Of a DNA stretch of 64,000 bases, positions 1 through 11,424 are shown one piece after another. The notes under the pieces were generated by a model. The model was not told the origin of the DNA and made no database searches. It saw nothing but the letters and a program-made list of their open reading frames with translations. The position numbers were made by a program, and so were the translations under genes. How positions within the stretch are numbered: position 1 is the first letter of the stretch; the number at the start of each line of letters is the position of its first letter. Source of the stretch: Mayamaea pseudoterrestris (Eukaryota). The stretch is from assembly GCA_027923505.1 (NCBI GenBank), contig BROI01000002.1:2294001-2358000 (forward strand), read 5' to 3'.

Positions 1-1
1 T

Positions 2-151
2 CGAAGTAAGGATGGAAGGGGGCCGATGTGGTGGTCATTCGAACAAAAGAATCAGCGCATAACTGATCTCTTAATGAAGGCTGGCGTGCCTCACACTGAC
101 GGAGATTTAAGGGGAATGACGCCAGTGGATCTGCTGCAAGGTGGCAAATAA
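2..151 (+). CDS. 3' end of a gene with an ankyrin-like C-terminus homologous to the adjacent STT3 tail (possible second STT3 paralog)
   Basis: Frame 2 reads RSKDGRGPMWWSFEQKNQRITDLLMKAGVPHTDGDLRGMTPVDLLQGGK*. This aligns with the STT3 C-terminus RSEDGRGPLFWAYENGQREVIELLKSLGVSDDRTDSKGLKPSDLAPK*. Confidence 0.7.
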   Translation, partial: RSKDGRGPMWWSFEQKNQRITDLLMKAGVPHTDGDLRGMTPVDLLQGGK

Positions 152-200
152 ATAGCGAGCAAATAATAGTTGTCATACTTAAAAAAAATACTAACGTTAA

Positions 201-3200
201 CTACTTTGGGGCCAAGTCCGACGGCTTGAGACCTTTACTGTCCGTCCGATCGTCACTTACTCCGAGGGATTTTAACAGCTCAATAACTTCGCGCTGCCCA
301 TTCTCATATGCCCAAAAAAGAGGTCCCCGGCCGTCCTCACTCCGACTGTGAGCAGCGTGAGGTATTTGTGAAAAGAGAGCTTTTAGTTCTTCCATCCGCC
401 CTCTTGAAACCAATTCCCATAGCATGGTGGTCGTTTCATCATTCGTCCAGTCCTCATTCAGCATATCAATATCCGCTGGAGTCAAGACGGCTGGTTTGTC
501 CTGTATGACTGGATTCTTTTTCTTCTTTCCTGCAAGCTTTTCGCCTGAACTGTGCCCCTTTTTAAGATTCTCCATGTACTGCTTCGTATAGTCTTCGTCT
601 ACCTCGCCGCTCTTGCGGTTAAAATCCTCAAGCTGCTGAAAGTCCCTCTTCTCCTTCAAAATCTTCTCCAGTGCTGGAGGATACTGTCCTCTACAGAACC
701 AGCTACCCGGAGCGTCACAGATGCGATTGGCGGGGTTTTCCACCCATTCTTTGCTTTCTTTTGAAACGCTCAAAACCTTGTAGATCCGAACCTTTGCGTG
801 CTTGGATCTGAATACCTCCTTAAATCGGTTAGGGTCAACCTTCACGTTGGGAGCCACTTGGTTCATAACCATCTTATACAGCAAACTATCTTCCATGGAA
901 TCTGTTGGCGTCCGATCAGACTACAGTAAAAAATCGAAAATGCGCGTTAGACACCAATCCATCCATGGAACTAAGAATTGGCAAACGAATGCACTTACGT
1001 AGAAACCAAAGTCCCGACATGTTGGTTCGGCACACAGACCGCGGAAAACAGAATTAGCGATTCGTCGCAAATGAGGCGACTTGGCGAGATCATCGCCGCC
1101 ACCGCCGGACCAAACAAGTACGTAATCAGCCAAGTGACGTGTAATTCGATGTGCTTCCTTCTCTGGAGCAGTTAACGTTCTGCCCAGTAAGGCAATATGT
1201 TCATGATTCCATGTGTTACCATCAGCAAGGGTTGTTCGTTCGGAGATACCTGTGATTTGATAACCATAGTCCCACCAAGCCATTATACGAGCATCCTCGG
1301 GTGTGTTATCACGGAGCCACCAATAAGCCTCACGATAGTCATCAATGACAACCGTCTTACCATCTCGCGTTCGCGATTTTTGTATGATTGATGGATGAGA
1401 AATGCCATGCGCCATTTGATGCGAGTAATCCCAAAAGTCACGGCCATATGGAATCGACTGGTAAATGGCATAAAATGCGACGAAAAGGCGAATGCCTTTG
1501 ACATATAGTGGATCAGCCCCGCTGAATTCAACGTTGTACTTCTTGCTAGACAAATTCGACCTTCCGTTTGATTTGGCTTTATAAGGCTTGCCATTCTTCA
1601 CAGGAGCGGCTGCAGTAACATTGTTCGCACTCTCCGCGCTTGTATCCGGACCATTCAGCAAGGCCGTAAACGAGGTGCAATCCCCTGCGACACTTCCAAT
1701 CGCCCATGACAATGCGCGTCCCAAAACAATCCCACCAAGTGCCGACGTAATGGGGGCTGTCAACAGAATGAGTCGAACCATGCGATGCGAGAAAAAGTAG
1801 GCAGCCATGCCGTACACGAGCAGAAATGCGCTGCTGTCACTGACGAAAAAGAGTGCCGTCATGGCCATTCCAACGGGCGCCAAATACATGGCAACGTTCA
1901 AATATTGATAGTAAGCTTGTGGTGAAGCTGCTTGATGCTCCGCAACCGAGTCGACCAAAGGATTGCCAGTTTTCGTATGCTCCACAAACAATCCTCGAAC
2001 GCGTGATGAAATCGGGCCAAAATATCCAGTCGGCCACAAGGCAGCAATCACCAAAGCAGCCGCGGCACCCGCTGACAAGTAGATTGTTAATCGCAACTTC
2101 CAGCGCTGCAGCTGACTCATTCTAACACCGCCTCGCTTTTGAATGAGCCGCTCGCCCAACTCAATTAGCTGCAAGCCAGCAAAGGCCAATAACGGTCCCA
2201 TTTGCTCCAACGACTTGAGCGGCGTCCATCCAACAACTGGCACTCGCGTCGCCAATATTGTTCCAACAATGTAGAAGCATGAATACGCAACATGCAGCTT
2301 GGCCGAGTATCGTCCCAACAAGACCAACACTCCAGCCGACACTCCAATTATATTGAGCACAAACACGTAACCTCCCCATGCCGCCACCATGTTGAAATAC
2401 GCCAACCCCGTGACAACGCCCCAAGCCGCATTCATCCACAAACGTCGCATTGGCTTGAGACTCTTGCACCAGCAGCCAAACGTCAGCACCATGGCCGTCA
2501 CGGCGATGGACTCATTGTCGTAACCACCGCCCACACTCCGCAGCAAGTGCGCCGGCACAATGGCCATGATGCAGGCGGAACAAACAGCGCAGCAGAGTGG
2601 AGTGAGCGGATTGACGCGACGCGGCCGTAGTCCCCAGTCGCTCCTGGTCAAGCGAATCATCAAGTTCAAACTATAGTTGACGACGGGAAGAATGAGCGAC
2701 TCGTAAAGGTTGCGCACCACGGGAATGTTGGATAAGATGCTGCTGAATTCGGATGATTGTGTTGCCGCACTTAAAGTCGTTTTACATGTTTTCGTCGTCG
2801 TCACGCCACTATCCGACACGCACTCGTACGTCAACCACGCCACGGCCAAGGTCGCAAACACGCCAAACCACGCCGGCACGTAGACGCAAACGTCGTTAAT
2901 GGACCAATTTGGAAGAATAAACTTTTTGATGAGACACGAAGTGACTTGCATGCCGGGGTAAATGGTGGTTCCCACGGGACGACCGAGTGGGTACCACACC
3001 TTGTAGTCGAACCACTGATGAATAAGAGAAAAACATCAATGCGTGAGATAGAGATATCACGAATCATACAAAAACTATTCAATTTCTTGTCTCGGAAAGC
3101 TCGTATGTCCATCGCTATACACATACCGTTCGAAACTTGGTCCATCCGTGCGCCCACAAGTATTCCGTGGCGCGATAGTTGAAATAGGGATCAAACTCGT

Positions 3201-3384
3201 GAATGACGCGTCCATATTCCTCAATGGCAAAGAGACGAATTTGGTAAGCTTCCAGGCAAGCGCGATACAAGACTTGGCCAAGCAAGACTAGCGCCAACAA
3301 GTGTGTGACGAGGCGGACGGTGGACCAAATACTGCTAGTTTGTGCGTTCGACTTTAGTGCTGCAGCATCATTCGATGCTGCCAT
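201..3384 (-). CDS. STT3: Oligosaccharyltransferase catalytic subunit STT3 with a C-terminal ankyrin-like extension; exons 3384-3127, 3014-999, 920-201
   Basis: Motifs IHEFDPYFNYRAT, YPLGRPVGTTIYPG, GGGYDNESIA, SVAEHQ, WWDYGYQI and DLAKSPHL. GT..AG introns at 3126-3015 and 998-921 join the three ORFs in frame. Confidence 0.95.
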
Positions 3385-4016
3385 GTTATGCTCGAGTTCC
3401 TTCTCTCAATGCAAAACTGTACTGTGATTTGCTGGCCGCTCTTCTTGTAACGTTGAGCGCGGACAGAGAGATGGCTCGTTAGCAATTTGTCGTCACGGTC
3501 GTTCATGGCCGCCAGATCCGTTTCCGTTCCAAGTGGATCCGGTTGGAGGGAGATGCGGGACTGAAAAGACTCCTTTGAGTCGCGCATCACTTTTCGCGTC
3601 ATTGCTTCAAAGTCAACGCTTCGATGGTTTCCGCGTCATTGCTGCCCCAAGTAGGAGTCGTCAGTTGTGTAGACTATAACGTGGACGACTCGAACGTTAC
3701 TCTACTCTCGGTCGAATGCGTTTTGCGGTCGTTCCAGCCACGATATTGACTTCGCCGCGAAACACTCACGCTCGGTGCGCAACGCTTGGCACCGGTTCTG
3801 CCTTCCGCGATTAGCGCCATCACCAGCCGCGACAATTGGTCATGCTTGGCCTAGCGTGGAATGGATCATGTTGAGTGTCACGGCAATGAATCTACTCGCG
3901 TCTGCATGCCAGTCGCTGCCTCATAAAATCTTTTGCACTGGATGAGGTGAAGGATCGCAACGTCCCTCAGCTTTACATTTACTTTTCAAAAAACCTATAA
4001 GCCTTCAAGAGAGACA

Positions 4017-4547
4017 ATGATGAATACGAATCGCCTTCCCTTTCGTCGCGAGGATCGCGAGATGCTCGTCAAGTTGCACGAGGCAACGTCCTTTGGAGTC
4101 CAGGCAGTTCCTCACCGCGTCTTTGCGGGGTACGCCAACTACACCCATCTGCGGAGCACGGCATACATTGCCGCCGTGAAGCGTTTAGAACAGGCGGACT
4201 TGATTGAAAAGTTGACTCATGGGATTCGTCTCACGCCGCGGGCGATGCGGGTCATGCCAAAGTATCCACCACCAACCGATCCTGCCGACGCTTTGGCTCG
4301 TTTGCAGCGCATCGTGCGACTCGCCTGCCCCAAGGCGCCCAACTCTCACGTCTTTTGTCAAGTCTTGTACGACGGCAAGATCCACACGCGAGCCGCCGTT
4401 GCGTCGGCGTGCAACTGTGCGCATGTCCGATCGTACGGTTTCGCCAAGGTGCTTTCGGTGCTGACGAGCTTTGGATTCATTGACAACATTGACGGCGCGA
4501 CGGCCATTCGGTTGAAGGACGCAGCCTTTCCGCTTGGGCGAATATAG
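4017..4547 (+). CDS. Small protein with two winged-helix-like repeats (paralog 1)
   Basis: 176-aa ORF with an internal repeat (..AVKRLEQADLIE..IRLT / ..KVLSVLTSFGFID..IRLKD). It is similar along its length to the downstream ORF and ends FPLGRI. Confidence 0.65.
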   Translation: MMNTNRLPFRREDREMLVKLHEATSFGVQAVPHRVFAGYANYTHLRSTAYIAAVKRLEQADLIEKLTHGIRLTPRAMRVMPKYPPPTDPADALARLQRIVRLACPKAPNSHVFCQVLYDGKIHTRAAVASACNCAHVRSYGFAKVLSVLTSFGFIDNIDGATAIRLKDAAFPLGRI

Positions 4548-5023
4548 GCTCGAAGCAGTGGCCGGGCAGTTTCCTGATACGGTGGAGATGGAGGTGACTC
4601 GTACAATATCTCATGTACACGCATTGATGGATGCACCATCGGTGATATTTATCATACCATGACCTTTAAAATGATGGATATAAACATGCTTATACCATTT
4701 TCTACCATGTGCTATAATTCATAGGCTAGCTAAAACCGTACCATTTGCTCAAATTGTCACAGTGGCTGTTGTGACCGTGGCCGCGGGATAATAAAATTCC
4801 CCTCATCGTCGATATTGACCCACATTGGGTTCGGGTCGCGAAGCCCGGGCTGCGACGTCCACACTCTGCGCAGGGTGGAGCGTGATGGCAGCCTCAGCGT
4901 GTGCAGAGCCACGCTGGGAGTCACGCTGCTGTCGTGGAGCGGAGGAGAGTTGGACCTCATTGCCATGCGCATAACTTGTATATCTTCCATCTTGTGGTTC
5001 ATTCTTGCACATTACGCAGAAAA

Positions 5024-5530
5024 ATGACCGGACGAGTTGGCCCCATGATTTGTATGGCGCTAATGGAGTTTTACGTTCTTGGAGTGGTATCCGTCGGTCG
5101 CTCGCAACTGGCCCGTGCAACTAATTATAAAAGCGCCACGCAGCCTGGCTTTCTTAAAATCCTTTCAATTCTCAAAAGGGCTGGAATGATTGAGTACACG
5201 AGTTCGCGGAATAGCCCCGTATCCCTTACCGCAAAAGGTTTGAACGAGACACCTGCTTCTCAGCCGCCTCGAAGCAATGCGGAATGGTTGTCTCGGTTTC
5301 AGCATGTCAATCGATGCGGTGGGCCAAAGCTGACCCAGATTTGCAACTTCCTCAACGATGGCCGCCAGCGTTCCCTCGCTGATGTTGGCGCGGCGGCTAA
5401 TTACGATGATTTGGAATCTTCTGGCTTCAAGAAGGTAATCTCGACGCTTGTTGGCGTTGGCATTATCGTTCGAGTTTCGCCCGAATCGGTAAAGCTTGCA
5501 GATATTGTTTTTCCTTTTGGCCGGCCGTAG
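5024..5530 (+). CDS. Small protein with two winged-helix-like repeats (paralog 2)
   Basis: The first ATG in the ORF is at 5024. Repeats GFLKILSILKRAGMIE..VSLT / GFKKVISTLVGVGII..VKLAD; ends FPFGRP. Confidence 0.65.
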   Translation: MTGRVGPMICMALMEFYVLGVVSVGRSQLARATNYKSATQPGFLKILSILKRAGMIEYTSSRNSPVSLTAKGLNETPASQPPRSNAEWLSRFQHVNRCGGPKLTQICNFLNDGRQRSLADVGAAANYDDLESSGFKKVISTLVGVGIIVRVSPESVKLADIVFPFGRP

Positions 5531-5819
5531 TGATGTTTGGATGTGATAACCATTACGTATGATCCGATGCTGTCTTCCTGGTCAATGATTTGTATAGTTT
5601 ATAACATTTATAGCGCTTTTGTTGCTTTTTTACGTACTTAATACTATCAAAAGACCACGTCGGCTTTGTTGAGGCATCTCTTGGCAACGACTCGCAGCCA
5701 CTACATTTTGCGGTATGCTTATAAAAGGCTATTCGTCACTATGCATGCCATTGCAACGTCTACCGATTGCAAGATGATGTTTAGCAACATCACATATTCA
5801 AACCCAGCAGGGCCTTTGC

Positions 5820-7421
5820 CTACTGAACGACAGGTACCCCTTCGCCTTCCTGACGCAGCTTCTGAAGCGCCCGAAGTGCCAAATTCACGTGAAGCTCTGC
5901 TCCTCGAGGCAACACACTCTCGTCAATGGCAAAGTGAGGATGGTGCAGACCGAAGTTGGATGGAGGATCCGTCGCCGAGCCCTGTCCCAGCAAGAAGAAT
6001 GTTGACGGAATGCTTTCAGCCATGAACGAAAAGTCTTCCGCACCCATTGTCGGCTCGACTTCTCTGGTGATTCCGTCATGTGCGATCAACGCCCCAACCT
6101 TCTTTGAAAAGCTCTCATAAAGCTCTGTATCATTAACTGTTGGCGGATAGTAGTCCTGCGAATAGGTGATCGTTACGTTGCATCCATGGACAGCTGCCGT
6201 CGATTCGACAATGTGTTCAACACGATTTCGAAGCATCAATAGCGTTTCCGTACTGAGCGCCCGAATCGTTCCCCGCAGCAAGGCTGATGCCGGAATAATG
6301 TTAAAGGCATCTCCTGCTTCAAACTTTGTGATACTGCATACACCGGCTTCCAGTGGATTGAGTGTTCGCGAAACAATCGTCTGCAGGTTCATAATGATTG
6401 ACGACGCCGTTACAATGGAACCAACCGTCAAGTGCGGCATGGCTGCATGTCCACCAACACCAGCCACCAATATTTCGAAACGTTCACAAGCCGCCAGCAG
6501 CGGACCAGGTCGACTGGCAATCGTTCCAGACGGCAACGTCGGCCAAAGGTGCATGCCAAACGCATGCTGCGGCTTTGGATGTTGCTCCAAGACACCCTCC
6601 TCTCGCATGCGCTTGGCTCCAGCGCCACCTTCCTCGGCGGGCTGAAAGGCCAATATGACTGTCCCGTTAATACTTTCCTCCATACTCTTTAGTACAGCCG
6701 CAGCTCCCAGCAGCATGGTGGTATGTCCGTCATGGCCACAGGCGTGCATGCGATTGTCGTTTTGCGACTTGAACGAGTCCACTCCCAGTGTTCGCTCCGT
6801 AATGGGCAGCGCGTCCATGTCGGCCCGCAGCAAAATGCATGGATAACCACCAGTTCCAATCTTGGCAACGACTCCATACCCGCCTGGTCCCGGAATCGTA
6901 TCAACGTGCGTGTTGACAGCCCAGCCAGTGGTATATGAAACGTCAAGCTGCGTGAGAATGGCTTGCACAATGTTGGAGGTTTCGCGCTCCTGGTACATTA
7001 ATTCGGGCGTTTGATGGAGCTTGCGGCGCGTCGCCACCAAAAAGTTAGTCATGTTGGAGATTTGGTGACGAATCGAGTCGCGAAGTGCCAACGAATGCTG
7101 CTCAGAGGGATCTGCAACGTAACGTTCCAAGTCAATGCTGCGTCGGCTGTTGGATGCAGATGGAACGACGTTCAAGACGTCGCCTTCGATGAGAATGCTA
7201 GCGTCAGCACTTGCTGCTGAAATCTTATCGTCTTTACTCGAATCATCGACATTACCAGTAAGGATGTTTGATGCTCCTTCATTGGCAGATGGTGTAGCTG
7301 CGTCAATTGACTCGTTATTTTCCTCTTGATTCGATCCCCTCGTTCGAAATGGAAGAGCATCCGTCACCAAAGTTTTGCTGGAAACAAGAACTGCAGTAGC
7401 AAAAATGTTTGAAAGTTTCAT
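5820..7421 (-). CDS. M20D family amidohydrolase (ILR1/IAA-amino acid hydrolase-like) with signal peptide
   Basis: Motifs RRKLHQTPEL, LRADMDALP, MHACGHDGH, FQPAEEGGAG, GGHAAMPH, MGAEDF and LHHPHF. The probable start MKLSNIFATAVLV is at 7421. Confidence 0.92.
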   Translation of the reverse strand: MKLSNIFATAVLVSSKTLVTDALPFRTRGSNQEENNESIDAATPSANEGASNILTGNVDDSSKDDKISAASADASILIEGDVLNVVPSASNSRRSIDLERYVADPSEQHSLALRDSIRHQISNMTNFLVATRRKLHQTPELMYQERETSNIVQAILTQLDVSYTTGWAVNTHVDTIPGPGGYGVVAKIGTGGYPCILLRADMDALPITERTLGVDSFKSQNDNRMHACGHDGHTTMLLGAAAVLKSMEESINGTVILAFQPAEEGGAGAKRMREEGVLEQHPKPQHAFGMHLWPTLPSGTIASRPGPLLAACERFEILVAGVGGHAAMPHLTVGSIVTASSIIMNLQTIVSRTLNPLEAGVCSITKFEAGDAFNIIPASALLRGTIRALSTETLLMLRNRVEHIVESTAAVHGCNVTITYSQDYYPPTVNDTELYESFSKKVGALIAHDGITREVEPTMGAEDFSFMAESIPSTFFLLGQGSATDPPSNFGLHHPHFAIDESVLPRGAELHVNLALRALQKLRQEGEGVPVVQ

Positions 7422-7843
7422 TGTGTTGATCCTTCGTAGTGATGATGTTGATGCGAAATGAGCTGCCCTCGTGCGAGTCAGTCGTGATGCAGAATGATGA
7501 TGCTTAGCCGCTTGTTGTCTAGTCAAAGTTGTCCGAAATCTATGTTCCGATAGCAAGGTACGTTTCATCGACTGCTGCCTGCTTTCGTAGTAGTTTGATC
7601 CAAGAGCTGGATCGATTGTTTGGGCGACCAAAGGTCCCGAGATTTGGGGCAGTCAGTCGTTCCCAAACGTTGCTCTGGAGGATTTTCACGTCGCATCGTT
7701 ATAGTAGTGCCGCTACGACGTCAAGCCAGAAAAAATCACAGTCAATGACGTTTCGTCGTCCTGCGGCTCCATCTATCACTACTTGGTAAGGAATAGTAGT
7801 AGTAAGAGCTTACCACAGATACCGGTATAGCCGCACTGTCATA

Positions 7844-8581
7844 ATGAGCGACAAACCGATGAAGGGCGCCTTTTATCGAAAAGCCGACAATCACACGGAT
7901 CTGTACCTGCCCTGCTGCGGCGTGGACGATGACGATTCATCCTTTGACGACGCCGCAAGGAGTAGTACAGGAGACTCTTCAGATGCTGAATCGGAGCAGG
8001 AGCAGCGCTCTCGAAAAACGATACCGCAGACGAAGAAACGAAAAGTGTCGAAAGTAGGCAGTAAAAGTGCCGAGAGTTCTGTCAGGAGTTCTGACAGGAC
8101 GAGCACAAGGAGAAGCAAAAATTTTACTGTTCCTAAACAAGCCAAACACACCAATACACATATTTTTCACAAACGATCTATTCCTATACGAAAAGCTGCC
8201 GATAAAGCAAAGAAAACAAAGTGGACCGAATGTATTGCGGTGGCTCACATTATTCAAGACGAAGCCAGACGATATTTCGAGGAGAGTGACGATTCACTTG
8301 ACCCCATGGTGCTGGCCGAATGGACCGGTCGAGTCACCAAGGCGCTGGTGCAGCAAAATACACATGTCGTAGATAACTTGGAGGCTGTGACGGCAGCCAA
8401 GGTAAGCGAAACGCGTGTCGCTATGCTTCGCAAGGAAATTGCCAAGGCGGAAGCGCATGTGCGCCTTTGTACGAGTGAGCACGACAAGCTACAAGAAAGG
8501 ATAGAGGTCCAGCTTGTCTACAACACCAATGTTCGAGGAGCCAGCCGTCTCTTGAAATACATTGAAAAGTTAAGCAAGTAA
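7844..8581 (+). CDS. Hypothetical protein with acidic/basic low-complexity N-terminus and coiled-coil C-terminus
   Basis: 245-aa ATG-initiated ORF with an NLS-like KKRK and a heptad-rich C-terminus. No recognised family. Confidence 0.55.
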   Translation: MSDKPMKGAFYRKADNHTDLYLPCCGVDDDDSSFDDAARSSTGDSSDAESEQEQRSRKTIPQTKKRKVSKVGSKSAESSVRSSDRTSTRRSKNFTVPKQAKHTNTHIFHKRSIPIRKAADKAKKTKWTECIAVAHIIQDEARRYFEESDDSLDPMVLAEWTGRVTKALVQQNTHVVDNLEAVTAAKVSETRVAMLRKEIAKAEAHVRLCTSEHDKLQERIEVQLVYNTNVRGASRLLKYIEKLSK

Positions 8582-9006
8582 CAACAGTATAATGTTCCAG
8601 TCAAATCACGGTGTTGTGTTGTGTTTTGCAAACTGACTTGCTGTCGTCGTTGAGCTGAATCTAATATATTTTCTAAAATGACTTTGTCGCCGATCCTTCT
8701 GCCGTTTGCTATATTTGAACATACAGTTGCAGCGCAATGTGCTAACAGTAAGTAATAAGCTGTTGGCGTCTGCCTCATTTGTACGACGACGCGTACTCGT
8801 ATGACATATATGGAGTGTCGGTACGACACTTGCCACCGAGTGAAAACACAAGTCCTGGATTGTGATTGGATGATGCAAGTCGGACTGGGTCTCATATTCC
8901 GTCGCCTTTCGCTCCACCATGGATCGAGTCAGTCGATAATCTCTGAGGCAAGGCAACATTATAAGCGCTAGAAGGCCGTCAAATCAGAATAGCTACAAAA
9001 GTATCA

Positions 9007-11196
9007 ATGGTATCGTCTAAAGCTAACAATATAACAAGAAAATTCGTCTTCGAGCGTCGCTTTTCCACCTCGGCAACATCCAACAACAATGTGATTGCTC
9101 GCACCCTCTATCGGCAGTTGCTCAAATGGTGCAGAGCCATTGCTCCCACAGGAGTTCCTCTGGATGCGTACATTCCTCCCGTACATTTGCGATCGTCGGA
9201 TGAAGATGGTATGCACCATGTCATTCAAAAGCTTTCTGGCCATTTGCCAATTTACACGGTCGAAGATCGAAATGCAATGGATCGAGCCAAAGCACTGCTA
9301 CCAACCAAGACGCTCTACACATCGACCAGCATAACAATACCAATTCATAATGCTTACGATTTAAGCAACGTATTGAGAGCTGTGTTTCGGTTGACGTCAA
9401 CTGCCGATTCGTCGTCGTCGCTGAATGATGACGCAACAATTCAAAAATCAATCGCGGCTGGCTTTGAAACGTTCAAATCGTTGAACGAACTGACTGAAGC
9501 ATTGGCTGAACTACAAAGGGAGCGAGAGTCGCACATGGATCGATCCGATGTCACGTTTCACGTGGGACAGGTGGTACGGCATTTGAAAGACCGGTGGCGA
9601 GGCGTGATTATTGGATGGAAGCGAGTCGATCCATCGCGGGAACAAGCAGTTTCGCTCAAAACATCACTGACAAACAAGGATTATACAGACGTCATGCATG
9701 GCATTCAGTTTGACATATTAATGGATGAAGGAGACGCCCATGTGCTCACACTTTTGGAGGAACGACGGAGCGCAGTTGCGTCCGAACTGGAATTGGTGGA
9801 GGACGATGCCTTGGTACGGATTCGCCATGACGATGTTTCCGACTATTTTGATAGGTTTGATCCAAGCACGCAATCGTTTGTGCCCAATCGACAGCTTGCA
9901 TACGAGTATCCGGCAGACGTTGCTTTCGAAAATGACGTTTCCAACGATTTGACAGAGAACCAAAATGTCGCGGCAGTCTCAAGAAACATAGTGGATGGCA
10001 TCCAGGAGTTTGCGACTCGACTCGAAAGATTTATATTAGACGAAACGTCATGCCCAGCTGATCGCGGCTATACGATACTTTCGAACGTGCAGTCCAGACT
10101 CGCGGCCATTGCTGCTGGTGATGTCTTTCCAGACATGAGCCACAAATTCGCCACCACGGATCCGTCGCCATTACTCGTCGCTTCACTGCATGTCAAGGCA
10201 TTATTCACCTTGTCGCATGAAATTCAAGACGTTTTGTCTCGCCGACGACAGTCGAGGGAGTGCAGGAGCGCCTTTCATTACCAGATTGGTGATATCGTGA
10301 TCCATCAGAAGTACGGCTTTCGAGGCGTCGTCATTGCATGCGATCCGAAACCATCTGTTGACGTTACGCGATGGGATGGGCTTGCGCACATTGACAATCC
10401 CATGGAGCTTCCCTTTTACCATGTAATTCCGGATCAGGGCGACTGCATTGAGGCATTTGGAGGGGAACGTTCGTTGCGATATGTCTGTGAACAAAACTTG
10501 ATGGCTTGTCCAAACGACCGATTGCAGAATTTGAACGTTGACCTTAGTCATGGGTGGACCAAATCTGTCTCTGGTAAATCCTATGTAGCTCCAGCAGACC
10601 ATCGATTCAAGCATGGGCAAGATTTGGACGACGACGGCATCACAGAGCGGTCTATGGAGAGGCTAGAAGCTGAGATCAATACATGGCATGTCAACGCCAA
10701 ATCAGAATCATCTAGTGATCCCATCTACGCCAAGCTATCCATATCCAGTTTGCTTGCTCTACTCCAGGTTGTCGACTCGGCCGCCAGTGCAGCTCCAGTG
10801 CAGGAGTTGATCAAGGAAATGCGCAAGGCACATCCGAACCTGCAGTTGCGATGGAAGCTTCAGCAGGGCATGGAACATTTGTTGAGTGGAGATATTGCTC
10901 AGGCATTGGACGACTTTCAGCAAATTGTTGCTGCGGATTCGAGTTATGCGGAAGCGCACAACAAGGTCGCAACATGCTTGTTCATGATGGGTCGCTTGGA
11001 AGAATCACTGGCAACTAGCCACAGAGCTTTGGCGCTCGATCCAAATCACTTTCAGGTCTTGAACGGATTAGGTCTCATTCACTTTGAACGCGGTGACTTC
11101 GAGCAAGCTGTTGCATGTTTTCGAAAGAGTATTTCCAATGATCCTTGGTCGCCAGTCTCCGCGAAGTTGGGAGTCGCAGCAGATCGTTGCGATTGA
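9007..11196 (+). CDS. Protein with two YccV/HspQ-like (hemimethylated DNA-binding) domains and C-terminal TPR repeats; LYR-like motif near the N-terminus
   Basis: FHVGQVVRHLKDRWRGVIIGW and YQIGDIVIHQKYGFRGVVIACD..PFYHV match YccV-like patterns. AEAHNKVATCLFMMGRLEESL..ALALDP and VLNGLGLIHFERGDFEQAVACFRKSISNDP are TPR-like. RTLYRQLLK occurs near the N-terminus. Confidence 0.8.
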   Translation: MVSSKANNITRKFVFERRFSTSATSNNNVIARTLYRQLLKWCRAIAPTGVPLDAYIPPVHLRSSDEDGMHHVIQKLSGHLPIYTVEDRNAMDRAKALLPTKTLYTSTSITIPIHNAYDLSNVLRAVFRLTSTADSSSSLNDDATIQKSIAAGFETFKSLNELTEALAELQRERESHMDRSDVTFHVGQVVRHLKDRWRGVIIGWKRVDPSREQAVSLKTSLTNKDYTDVMHGIQFDILMDEGDAHVLTLLEERRSAVASELELVEDDALVRIRHDDVSDYFDRFDPSTQSFVPNRQLAYEYPADVAFENDVSNDLTENQNVAAVSRNIVDGIQEFATRLERFILDETSCPADRGYTILSNVQSRLAAIAAGDVFPDMSHKFATTDPSPLLVASLHVKALFTLSHEIQDVLSRRRQSRECRSAFHYQIGDIVIHQKYGFRGVVIACDPKPSVDVTRWDGLAHIDNPMELPFYHVIPDQGDCIEAFGGERSLRYVCEQNLMACPNDRLQNLNVDLSHGWTKSVSGKSYVAPADHRFKHGQDLDDDGITERSMERLEAEINTWHVNAKSESSSDPIYAKLSISSLLALLQVVDSAASAAPVQELIKEMRKAHPNLQLRWKLQQGMEHLLSGDIAQALDDFQQIVAADSSYAEAHNKVATCLFMMGRLEESLATSHRALALDPNHFQVLNGLGLIHFERGDFEQAVACFRKSISNDPWSPVSAKLGVAADRCD

Positions 11197-11424
11197 TCTG
11201 TGCCTGGGCACAATATTGTCAAATCCATAAATAGTAGTACGGGGATAACATTTTGCAAGGACTGAGTGTGTCAAGTGGTGGATGACTTCGTTTCTTTAAC
11301 TGTAAGGCTGCTATCGATTCTTGTTGCACTGCCATGAGTCCATCAAGTTTCCCAACCAGCTAGCACGACGTCGTTCCGGTAAACGATTACCGATACGACT
11401 AGGATAAGTTACGAATGATGCCAA

